A stretch of DNA of 43,702 nucleotides, counting the filler, from Jimgerdemannia flammicorona (Eukaryota): assembly GCA_003990765.1 (NCBI GenBank). It is 2 parts of 2 records of this genome, joined end to end, with 100 filler letters (N's around TTAATTAATTAA, not from the genome) between each part and the next. Parts side by side here need not be neighbours in the genome. Positions count along the whole stretch, not along the records: positions 21,904 to 43,702 come from RBNJ01001393.1; 1 more part is not named here. The stretch is one strand, 5' to 3'. Made by a program: the position numbers and the translations under genes. The notes beneath the pieces are model-generated. The model was not told where the DNA came from, made no database searches, and saw only the letters and a list, made by a program, of their open reading frames with translations. Shown here piece by piece: positions 31,932-43,702 of the stretch. Position 1 is the first letter of the stretch. Each line of letters starts with the position of its first letter.

Positions 31932-34900
31932 TATATCTCTCTTTAAGAATCAATATCCTCATTAAGTTCTTAGATAATATAAGACTAAATATACTTAACT
32001 AAAATTTCTCAAACTTATATTAGTATATTAGTAAGAACTAGCCATCTTTATATATAATAGAGGGCTATTATCAGACTAACTAACTGAGAGGATTCAAATC
32101 TAGCTAGTAGTTTCATTTTGATAGACTTCTTGTTTACTAAATTTTCTGCTAGTTCTGGAATTCCAAAGTAAACTTCTAATGTATAAGATACTAGTTATTA
32201 CTATAGGTTATCAATAATTTAAGAAAGTCACTATAGAAATTAAGTAATATATTTTACCTCAAATTCTTAAACTAGATCTTGAGAGTTCTTGAGATTGACC
32301 AGTAGTTTCTAGATAGTATTACATTTAGAGTAGCCCATCTACTTGACCAGGTATTCAGGATAACAGTAGTGAATTCACTTGTTAAAGATTTTCTTAACTT
32401 TATACTCAATTATAGTATTTAATAATTACAGAGGGCAGATAGCTTGAGAATTTGACCAGAGTAGAGTAGTGACTGATTCCAGATCTTGAGATATGATATA
32501 TGAAAGACTAGATATACTCTTATGGTTTTAGGTAGCTTAATATGATAGGAGAATGCAGAGACTTATTTAGTAATCTTAAAGGGTTCAATATACTTGGATT
32601 GAAAATTATTAAATAGGTAATTAACTTGAGATTATATCTTGAGATTCTCTGTAAACAATAGGACTTGATCACTAATAGTATATATAACATCATAGTACTT
32701 CTTATTAGTATACTTAGCTTGATATTATTGGGCCTTCTAGAGGTTCACAGTAGTAATCTTGAGTAATTCATCTATTTTATCTATAAGGTTCTTAATAGTA
32801 GAGACTTATATTTGACTACTTTTCTTAAAAGAGTCTGGACTTGCAGAGGTCTCAGGATCTTGACTATAGAGTAGTCAAAAAGGGAAAAGACCAGTGATGA
32901 TTAGATAACATTATTATATATAAATTCTGTATAAGTCAGATAATGATCCCAATTATCTTACTTATAAGAAATAGAGTTTCTGAGCATTTATTCTAGAGTT
33001 CTGTTCATGTGCTTGATTTGTCCATTAGTTTGTAGATAAAAGACAGTAGATATGACCAATTGAGTTTCCAGAGTCTTGAAAAGAGTTTGCTAGAAGTAAC
33101 TAGTAAACTTGGAATTATAATTACTGATAATTACTTATAGTAGACTATAGTAATAGAAGATAGACTAGAAGAAGATTCTTATAATCTCAGATATAGTAAC
33201 ATTAATAGTGATTAGTTTAGTAACTATAGTCTTTATCAGGCAGTTAATGAATATGATGATAGCATCAGTACCAGATTGAGTTCATAGTAGCTAAGTTATA
33301 AAGTTCATTATAACTTACTCAAATTTCTTAATCAGAATTGGTAGTAGTTATAGCAAACCAGCTAGTACTTAGTTGATAGACTTTTTTTACTGATAGAGAT
33401 TATAGCTAGTAATATAGTTCTTGATTTTCTTGATCATATTTGACCAATAATAGTAGTACTTAATATTCTTAATAGTTTTCTCAATTTCAAGATAACTGGT
33501 AAGAGGGGTATTACATATAGTATTCTTGTAGTATCTTATAGTATAGATTCATATTATTAGATAGATAGACTTTATTTTAATAATAGATCAGATTATCCTC
33601 AATAGTATATATATCCTTGAGCTTATTTGAGAAAACTCTAGTAGTAATAGTATCTTTTTTATAAGCTTGCCTAATTTGGTTTAGAAATTTGAGTGCTAAA
33701 GTGACTTGTATAATTGTGATAAGGTCTAGATATCTAGATAAGATATCTGATATTACAAGTATTTTGCTAGGCTTGTAGATGATCATCTGATTGAAGGTTT
33801 GAAGCTTCAGACTCTACTTGGCTTATAGATATAACAGAGTAGATTAGGTATTGATATACTTGAGAGATTGATGGTCAGTAATGATATCAAACTCAATATC
33901 TTCTAGATAGCATTACTAGTAGTTTAGTATATATATTATTACTAGTAGCTCCTTCTTATAAGTAGCTAGCTTTTATTTAGCTGGGGTCAAATTGTGAGAC
34001 TTGAAGATAATAGAATGATATTCTTTACTATCATTTTGTAACAAGACTACTCTAATAGCAAAATTCAATATATTAGTAGTGATAGTAAATTTCAGACTTA
34101 GATCTGCATTATATAGAACTAAAGTATAAGTTAGGCAGTTTTTGAGTTCTTAGAAGGCTTGTTGACTGAAGAGGTCTCAGATATAGAGCACATAGTGATC
34201 AGAGTTAGAGGTCTTCCTTATGAGATTAGTCAGTGGCTCAGTAATGCCAGAAAAGTTTCTAACAAAGCAGTGATAGTAGCCAGCTAGATAAAAAAAGGAC
34301 TAGAGTTCTATAAGGTTTGATAGAATAGAATATTCTTAAATTATCTCTATCTTATATAAATTCCTTATACAGAGACAATATGACCAAGATATTTAACTTG
34401 TTCTTTGAAGAATTCACATTTCTTGAGCTTAGTATATAACTTATATTTTCACAGGATCTCTAGAACTACTTGGATATATTTGAGATATTCTTCTTTAGTT
34501 ATACTAAAGATCAGAATGTTGTCAAGATATATCAACAAGAAGATGAATAGTTAGTTCTTGAATATCTTGTTCATGAGAGTCTAGAATATAGTAGGTATAT
34601 TAGTAAGACTAAATACTAGGACTAGAAATTTATAGAGTTCAAAGAGAGCTATAAATATAGTCTTTGAAATATCTTCTGACTTGATTTGAATTTAGTGATA
34701 ATCTGACATGAGGTCCAGCTTGATAAAATACTTAGCATTCTTGAGAGTATCAAAAATTTGATCAATTAAGAGTAGTAGATATCAGTTCTTGACTGTAAGC
34801 TTATTGAGTACTCAGTAATTTATACATATTTATAAAGTACTATCCTTCTTCTTGATAAATAAGACTGGTGAGCCATAAGAAGATTTGCTTGGTTGAATGG

Positions 34901-37114
34901 CTCCTCATATAAGTAGTTCTTCTAATTCCTTCTTAACTACTTCAATTTTAAGAGATATTATATAGTATATATATTTTTTGGATAGTATAGCTCCTGGGAT
35001 TAGTTCAATTTTTTGATCTACTTCTCATATAAGTGGTAAATCAGATAGCTTGTCTGAGAAGATATCCTTGAATTCTTCAAGCAATAATATAATTCTTTTA
35101 TTGATTAATAGCTTCTTGTCTTATTTCTTAGAACAGACTATTATAACAAAAATATATACTACTTTCTTAAGTGCTTTCTTATACTATATTGCTGATAGTA
35201 TTATAACTGAGGTCTTATTTATAGGCTTGTCTGTCTTGATAGTAATGTTGACTCCTTCTTGAAGTAAGGTAACTTCATTCTTGTACCAATTAATATTCAG
35301 ATTATATTTTGTAAGTTAGGGTTTTCTTAAGATCAAATTATGATCTCCTAGTAGTGTAATCTTGAAGTCTACTCATTCTCAATATTTCTAGATCTTGATG
35401 GATATTTTGACTGTAATTGACTTGATAAGATATAGTATATCATTTGCTATAACTATACTATCATTTTTGAATATAGGCTTAGTAAGGATCTTGAGGTTTT
35501 TGATAAGATTCTAGTTGATAAAGTTTTCTGTAGCTCTACTGTTTATGAGTACTTGTACTTCTTTTTTTTTTACTAGACCATTGAAAATGAGTATGGCTTG
35601 AGCTTAGGTTTTAGTGAGACTTGCTGCTTAATCAGTACTACCAAAACCTTTCTAGTCTCACTTAGTTTCAGATAGTTCTTAAACTTCTGTAACCTTAGGT
35701 TGACTATCTTTTTTGAGGATCATTTATATGACTCAGTCTCTTTTCTTGACTATGTAGTCTTGATTCTTCTAATTGATAAGTAAGACTTAAACTTGTTCTC
35801 AATTGTCTGAATCAATAATACTAGTATTAATATTTAAATGACATTTGATACTAAGTTCTGATTATAGTATAAATCTGGTATACATAATATCCTTTAGGAC
35901 ATTGGACTGCAATTTTAGTAAATATCAGAGTTCAGCCTTTGACTGAAATAGTGACTTGCTTGATAGAGTACAGGTCAAGATCAATGACTCTTTCTAATTG
36001 ATATTGAGGAATCTGGATCTTTGGATAAAGCTTCTTGATTTTGAGTTTAGATTAACTAGTAGTAGAGTTGACAGGTATGTATATCTTTGGACGACACAAT
36101 GACTGGTCTTGATTGTTCACTGGTCTTTTTAAGATGTTTAGTTGCAATATATCCTGTTTGTTAGAAGAAATAAGCTTTAGATTTTTTCAGGCAGTCTTTT
36201 TCTTCTAGAGTAAGCTTGGTATTCTTTTTGTTTATAGTGTCTAGATCTATTGATGCTGGGCCAACTATCTTGAGTTGGTTCTTGTGACAGTTCTCAAAAT
36301 AGTTCTTCTTATAGTACTCTAGTTCAAAGTAGTTATCAAAGATGATGACATTAAATCTGTTGGTAATTCTCATAGCTTTATTAAGGGTCTGTAGTTCTTC
36401 AAGCTCAATATTGACTCATATATTTTCTTTCAGGCCTCAGATATAGCAGTCTATCTTTTTGTCTTCAGCTATTATTAATAGCTTAAGTAGAATTTATAGG
36501 AATTGTACTTTGTAACTTTATATAAACTTAAGTTGCTTAATGTTTATTAGCTTATTTCAGACTAGCTTAGTAGTATTAGCAGACTTGAACTACTAGTAGA
36601 GGGTCTTTTTGAAAGATTTCCAATCTTGGATTCTTATATTTGAATAGAAAGTAGTAGTTATAATATAATTATACTATCAAATAGCTATATTTTCTCAGAG
36701 AAGTATGACAGAAAATTGGACTTATATGTCTTTTTCTATTCTTATAAGTTCAAAGTATTAGAAGATTTATATATCTGTAGTTAGTCCTTCTCAATAATCA
36801 TCAAAGATATTTGGCTTGAGTGACTTAAAGCTGACTAGTATAGTAGTAGAATATAATATAGCTATAGTTTTCATTTTCTGATATTCTAGTTGTACTTGAA
36901 GTTATTAGATCTGATAGACCATAGTGATAATCATATTCTCTAGATTAACTTATAGTTCTGTATCATCTATTTCTTCTATAGTAGAGGGGTCTAGATAGTA
37001 GGCTGGTTCTTCAGCATAACTCATTTTGAACTTATATAATTAGTTATAACTAGTTTTTGAATTTGTGTGAGGTTTTTTAATAAGATAAGTTATAATGATA
37101 CTGCTGCTATTAAG

Positions 37115-37579
37115 TATAATGATTTTAGTTTCTTTAAGAGGAAGTAGCTAAGTTCTAGTAATTCTAATGAATCTAAAATAGCTTAAAGAGATACTTATAA
37201 GTTTAAGTAGTCTTGATAAAATTCTGGAAGAAAATATTCTAAGCTTTATTTAAGTAGAGAATAAGAATATTTATATAAAATCTGAAAGAAAGATCTAGAA
37301 GAATCTTAGAAAAAAAGAGAAAAACCAAGAAATAGATTTTAGTAAAGATGACTAATAGAATTATACAATATTTTAAAAGGTTCTATAACTAGTTAAGATA
37401 AGATATTTGATACTAAGAAAAGACAAGAATATTCTAGTGATATCTTGGTACTAAGAGAAGATTTTTAGATATTCAGAAAATACTAGAACATAGTAGAATA
37501 TTTAATAAAAGATAAGAAAAGACTAGTAAAAAGATATGAAAATATACTAAGACTAAGATACAACTGTGAAACTATTATA
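37115..37579 (-). repeat. 5' LTR of the chromovirus (~465 bp)
   Basis: Direct repeat of 31474-31931. The adjacent minus-strand TAATAGCAGCAG resembles a mutated TGG-initiated PBS. Confidence 0.9.
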
Positions 37580-39110
37580 AAAATAGAAGTTTCAGAAGAA
37601 GTAGCTATGTATCAGTAAGATAAGAAGAGAAATAATAATACTATAAGTTTTATATAAAGTAAAAATTACTATAGCTATCTTAATAATCTATATTATAAAA
37701 TATCTACAAACTCTCAACTACTGATCTATTATATAAGTTAGTGAAATTCATCTTATCTTTCTAGTATATATTAATAATATTATAGATAGCAGAGATATTG
37801 AACATCTCTATTAAGTGGATAATAGTCTCATTATAGTAGTCAATCTCATAAATTATCTTAAATATATATATATAATTAAGTAATACAGAAATATAAATAA
37901 GAATATAATAGATATAAGATTATACTCTGCCATTTTACTCAATATAGTAAAACTAATATATATTATACAATATATACCACCTTAACCTCTCATTTCTTAT
38001 TCTTTCTCTCTGATCTTCTTTTATCATCTTCACCATCTTTATTCCTCTTCTCTCTCTCTTACTGATTTATCTAAGAGATTCTAGTTCTTATAAAATATTC
38101 TCCAGATCTCAAAAATTAAATACTCATACTATTAGCACAACTCTTCCTCTCTCTCCTTCTGTCCAACTCCTCATTCAATTCAAGTATATTATCATTAAAT
38201 AGAAACTTAGATCACTAGTATATCTGAGGTCAAATATTTATATCAAATCACATTAGGCTATAGACTGAAGAAAGAAATGTATTATAAAATAAAAATAGGT
38301 ATATATATATAAAAATACATCTTAATATAAGACTGGAATAGTTATACTAGTTATAGCTATTAGAGTAAAATATATAAGTCAAATGAAAGAATAACTTAGA
38401 TAAAAGACTATAGTAAAAGTAATTATATTTGGTAGTAAGCTTAGAGATAGAGTTAAGATAAGATTCTATATCAGTATCTATATCTTTGAAGAAGTGATAG
38501 AATATGGAATTATCTATAATTACATTAGCAGATATATACTTAAGAATATTTTTGAGATTAGAAGTTAAGAATAAAAAATAATATAATAAGAAAATATAAT
38601 ATCTCCTAAGCCACTTAACTATACTTTAGAAAATTTTACTAATTTCTAACTAGTACATATCTATTCATAGTTTATAAATGAACAATCTCTATTTATAACA
38701 AAAGTTGACTCTATGTTAGTAGTCAGTATTATAGCTCACATTATAGTTTATAATAATAATGAACTTTCTAAGTTATTTTTTCTTTGAGATTATTTTATTA
38801 GATAACAAATAGTATTATCATTCTAGAGTATTCTCCAACAGTCTAAACAACAAATAATATTATTGTAAACTCTATAATAAAGTAGTATTATTATTAGATA
38901 TCTAGAGTTCTCTTGACCAAAGATTATATTTCTAAGGATTTTAATATCTAAGTACTTTAATTGATCCACTTATACTCTATTTCTATGATTTATAATTTAT
39001 ATATACTCTATTTCTACTAATCATCATACATCTCAAAGAGGAGAGAAGAGTTAAATAGATGAGTACTTTTATAGCAATATCTGAAGAGTGATATTGTGGG
39101 ATTGTGAATG

Positions 39111-39147
<37 letters not shown>

Positions 39148-39299
39148 AGTTATCAGCCAAATACTCATTGGCCAAGTGGCCTAGTGGCCATTTCTCAAAT
39201 CAGACTATTTGATGACATAGGACTCATGAGCCAAGTCAATTAACTGAGTATATTGTGGCATTGGTTATGTATAATGAACTTCGACTGTACAGCTCAATA

Positions 39300-42200
39300 T
39301 GTCACAGATGACGTGTGCGATATATATAACTGAAGGCATTGATGACGTTTCGTGGGTCGTTGGTCATGTGATGGGTCGTTCAATTCGTGTGATAATAATA
39401 ATGGGGAGGTCATTTGGTTATTCAACGGCTCAGGACGTCGATGGCTCAATTGTTTAGTGGATAAGGGTGGTGATTATGCTGGCTAAGTTTCTTGGCAGCG
39501 ATTAACTAGGCGGCAAACTCGGCGGCAAACTCGGTGACAAACTTGGTGATGGTCTTGACTTTAAATGGTTCGTGGCGCAGTAGGTCGGGAAAACGTAGGT
39601 TGACAGCTCGCTTGTCCGTCTCGGTTAACTTGAAAGATTCCTGGCAGTCATTTGGGTATCTTGACGGGTCTTAGGCTACGGTCGGTCTTTGGCAGTCTAG
39701 TATCCTTGTCGTTCCTTGGTTTTCCGGGTCTTGAATCTCGAATGGCAGTCGAATGCGCAGTCCGAATGGCGGTCTGGTCTTGAATCCTTGGCTGGGTCTT
39801 GGGTCTCGAATGGCAGTCGAATGGCAGTGGTCGGTCTTTTGGTGGTCTAGTGCGGCTTTCCTTAGTGGCAGATCTTGAATGTTTTCTTTTCATAGCAAGA
39901 GAAAATTCTTTAACTCAAACTTCTGAGCGATCCATTGCTCTAGGTTGTTATCTTGTTCTCAGAATTTATCCAGTCTCTTGGAGGCAGTGAGGTTTCTTAG
40001 TAATTCTTTTTACTTTTAAACACAAGCTAACTGACTGAGGTTTATTCACTCTAAGAATATGGGTTATTTATACAAGTTTGCTAGCTATGGGAGAGGGGGC
40101 GCAACTAAGGCTAAGGTATACTACGTTGCAGCGTCCATTATGCTATTGGCTTGCACGATGCGAGGTGCAGGCTATTGTTTACTATGGATTGGGTTGTAGG
40201 GGATAGCAATGCTGAAAACGGGTGTGACAATTGTTTGCACCAAATAGGGATAAGATGGGTGCTAGTGCTGGATATGGATGTTGTGGGTGGTAACACTGGA
40301 TTCAGACTTGCTGACTTGCTATGATGATTGTTGCCAGAGATGGTTGTGGAGGGTGGCAGCACTGAAAACGGACTTGCTGACTAAAATGCTGAAAACAGTG
40401 GCACTGGATAGCAATGCTGGATTCAGACTTGCTGACTTGCTGACATGAAGGCTGCATAATTCTCACAGCTGATGGGTGGTACTTCTAGGGGGAATAGTAG
40501 TACCCTTTGTCCACGGCGGGCAAATCTTGCTGGGTTGCGATTTCTTCTTCATCATATCTATTCTCAAAGGGGGGAAGTGCCAGCCAAAAGGTGAGGGGGT
40601 AGAAAAGTGGCCAGTCATCTTCAACAACATTCTCCAACCCTTGAACAGCTTGAATGTGGACAGAGGACTGATAGACTCTCTGTTGTTCCTCTTCTTCTTC
40701 TGGAGCCTCATCAGTTTCAGTATCAGAGGGGGTTTCTTCAGGGGCGGGGTCTTGGAGTTCTTAGGCTTCCTCTTTAAAGATGGGGACCTCTTGAGCTTCT
40801 TCTTGATTCAGTTCCCAAATGATGAGATGTGAATTGTGGCTGACAGGGTGGTGGGTGGTTGGGGTAGCTCCAATGGGTGCTTCTATGGTAATGGGCAGTT
40901 CTTCAAATATCTCCATAAGACTCATTAGATGACCTTGATGGTTGTCTCGGAGTGGGGTGGTGTAGAAACCTGGCTGAGTAGGTTCGGTTTGTTGACTTTC
41001 TACAGCAATGCAGTTGCTGCCAATAGAGTTGGCTACTTCAGATTCTATCCAGTCAGCATCTTCAGTTGAAAGATGGGAGAGGCTACTGGCAGTCACCCCT
41101 TGTAAGTGTGCTATAGCCCAGGGAATATAGTGGAAGATTTGGTGGACACGGAGGGCTCTCTTGATTAGCTGGCTGGTGGTTAACATTTCGGCAATGAGGT
41201 CTTCTCGGTCATCTTCTTGAGTCTCCTGGCGAAGGCGGTGTCCGATTTCGTAGTCATGCTAGAGGGTCATTCATTCAGTAGTATCTTTGAGCTGTTGGGT
41301 CATTATATACTGGTAGTTGATGAAGTGTCCAAGGTCCTCGGTGTAGAAGTTCAAGTGTTCGGAAGTATCTGGGTGCCAGATGGCCTTCTTGATAGCTTCA
41401 AAGATCAGGGTCTTTGGGCTAGGCAGAGGGGTAGAGCGGCAGGAGGTCTGGTTGGTTCAGCGAGTGGGAGGTATTGTGTAGTGGGTACTTGGTTCTTTGG
41501 TGCCGATCCCTGAGATGGAGTATGGTTCCTTAAATAACGTGGTCTTCATTTTGACTCGGATCATCTTGTCTTCTTTGGGATGATCACCTAATGGGTCAGG
41601 CTGTCTATTTGATTGTTACGCCATTATGTCATCTGACCTTAGCAGTCACCGGTACTCCATTGTCAATTGTGTACGTCACATCTGCCCCTTGCAAAATTAG
41701 AGCCGTCCTTGGTGGTGAGGGTTACACAGAGTTGGGTGGTCTTAACTCCAGGGACGAGCGAAATGCTGGCACATTTGTGAGGACTGGCCATCCTTGTCTA
41801 GGGCGAGGGCTCCCATAGTCACGGCTGGGGGTTCGAACCCATCGGAAATAGTATTACTTGTAATCCGAGGCAATTTCTTAGTAACAATGTCTGTCATATG
41901 GATGGGCTTGAGTCTGGTTCCAACATTGTTGGCTTTCTTGAGTTCTGAGTGAAATGTCCGTCATATTTCCAGCAGAGATGACACAGGCAGAGTGAACAGA
42001 ATTGTTCAAATGCGTTTTGCTTCTCTTGAATAGTAGAGTCTTATGCGGTTATGATGTATCTTGGTCTTGAGTATAACTTCATCCAAGGTCTTGAGTTGAT
42101 AAGTGTGGTTCGAGAATACTTAGTGTATGAAATAGGGGCCTTCCCATTTTGGTTCAAGCTTGGCACTCCAATTTCCTTCTATGATGGTATGGTATACCAG

Positions 42201-43702
42201 AACCTTTTGTCCAATGAGCAGGGTTTCGAGGTCGGCTTTGCAGTCGTAGTACCTCTTTTGTCATTCTTGTGCCTTGGTGATAAATTCTCGTGCTTGCTGG
42301 CATATGTCATATAACCAGGTGATCTCTTTGGTGACTTGTTTTGACAGATCTAGCTAGACTGGTTCAGAAGGATCTTGTGCTTCTCGGCCATACACCAAAT
42401 AGAAGGGGGTCTGTTGGGTAGCGGTTGCCTTAGAGGTACGGATGTTGAACAGAATTGCTGGTAGATAGATATCTCAGTTTAGTTGATCTCTGGTTCTACT
42501 GAGACCTCGCTTGATGGTCTGGTTCATTCATTTAGTGAGTACATTTGCCTGTGGGTGATAGGCTGTTGTTGGTCATAACTTGATCTTGAAGTTACTTACA
42601 AAGGTCTTCATGGCTTGGTTGATGAATTCTTGGCCTTGGTTGGTAATGATTTCCTTGGGCACACTATGGCAGCTGAAGATTTCATCATACAGGATACCAA
42701 TAATTATCTGGGCATCGGCAGTCTTGATGGCAAAGGCTTTGGGCCATTTTGTTAGGTGGTCTTCAATAGTGAGAATGTAGCATCTTCCTCGGCTGGTTAC
42801 TGGTAGGGGTCCAATAATGTCTATTTCCAGTCTTTGAAAGGCTCCAGCTGGTGCTACGATTGGTATTAATGGTGCTCTGTCAGTAGGCTTTTGTCAGTAT
42901 CTTTGGCAGATATCACATTGTTGAATGTGCATTGAAATTTGTTTTCTCATCTTGGGCCACCAGTATCACTTCTTGATTCTTGCAATTGTGGCACCAATTC
43001 CTTGGTGTGCATTTTGGTCATGATTTGTTATCAGGATCTTCAATATTTCTTCTTCTCTTGGAACTCGGGTGTACTGCTCTCCCTCTACTCTCCAAAGTTC
43101 GCCATTGCCTTCTTGGAATTTCTTGAAATTCCTTTGGATAAATAACTTGTGGGCTGGTTGAATTCCTTTCTTGAAGCTTCTATGGTGCAGGCTCCAGGTG
43201 AGGGCGAGGCGCAATTCTTGGTTCATTTGGGCAAGCGGGAAGCAGCCTTCTCTTGTGGGGGCTCCTTCCCTTCTTGTTGGTTTTGCGGGATTCTTGACAG
43301 GGTATCGACATTGGAATTCTTAGCACCTTTCTTGTAGACAATAGTGAACTGATATTCTTGCAGAGACATAATCCATCTAGCGAAGATTCCTGAGGGCTCC
43401 GGCTTGTTGAACAACCATTGTAGAGCTTGATGGTCAGTGATGAGGGTGAATCTCTTTCCCAAGAGATAGTGTCAGAAGTGGTCCACAGCCCAAACTACTG
43501 CTAGACATTCCAACTTAGTGGCTCCGTAGTTCGCTTGTGTTTCATTCGTGGCCTTGCTAGCATATTTGATAACATGCTCCCTCTTCTGGTCATCTTGCTG
43601 AGACAGAATTGATCCAAGTCCTAAGGCTGAGGCATCAGTTGCCAGGATGAATGGTTTGCCAAAGTCTGGTCACACCAGGACAGGGGCTTTGGTAAGGGCC
43701 TT
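39300..43702 (-). mobile_element. Less-mutated Ty3/Gypsy retrotransposon (RNase H, integrase, extra 3' ORF, repeat-rich 3'/LTR region); continues past the window end
   Basis: RH: [83 protein letters not shown]. pol stop at ~42006. Candidate terminus TGTCACA at 39300; LTR limits uncertain. Confidence 0.88.
40485..41564 (-). pseudogene. Extra ORF downstream of Gypsy pol, ~360 codons, unknown function
   Basis: One frame runs from ATG 41564 to TAG 40485 and contains ORF 40761-41186. Its four internal stops (TGA, TGA, TAG, TAA) each revert to a sense codon by a single T>C. Confidence 0.6.

Larger units (their letters stand above)
31474..37579 (-). mobile_element. Full-length decayed Ty3/Gypsy chromovirus (gag-PR-RT-RH-INT-chromodomain)
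   Basis: Paired LTRs. Gag GPASIDLD plus zinc-knuckle relic (~36150-36260); PR VLINSRATENFI (=LIDSGA, ~35535); RT KLDLMSDYH*I and IYLDNILIFS (~34520); RH IITDHQSLKYI (~33875); INT FHLQTNGQ..MNRTLE (~33020); chromodomain EYKVKKI..EYLVK*MGY (~32300-32420). PPT-like tract 31932-31945. TSD AAGAC/AAAAT differs only by transitions. Confidence 0.92.
30511..39114. other. Unidentified hypermutated AT-rich sequence flanking the chromovirus (30511-31473 and 37580-39114)
   Basis: CpG-free and TpA-rich like the recognised TE relics; no motif recovered by eye. Confidence 0.4.

Overview
Eukaryotic genomic DNA, most likely fungal: it has spliceosomal introns, BTB-SPRY and F-box/LRR genes, a chromovirus and L1/Tx1-like LINEs. 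An early-diverging Mucoromycota-like fungus is my guess, not a result. The window has two compartments. AT-rich, almost CpG-free transposon graveyards (~1.5-14.4 kb and ~27.6-39.1 kb) flank a CpG-rich gene island (~14.4-27.5 kb). The repeats are: four insertions of a ~1.19-kb non-coding poly(A) retroposon (one nested inside another, with TSDs); two head-to-tail decayed LINEs, one carrying a hAT-type MITE; a full-length decayed Ty3/Gypsy chromovirus; and a less-mutated Gypsy with an extra 3' ORF that runs off the window end. The gene island holds an F-box/LRR pseudogene, a possible secreted-protein pseudogene, a predicted 3-exon gene for a ~1159-aa disordered Ser/Pro/Arg-rich protein, and a tandem pair of intact BTB-BACK-SPRY genes. 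An artificial 100-nt scaffold linker lies at 21804-21903. The most notable signals are a C-to-T hypermutation that hits CpG first, destroys TEs and leaks into a neighbouring gene yet spares the duplicated host genes; the unclassified SINE-like family; and the extra Gypsy ORF. All alignments and translations were done by eye.
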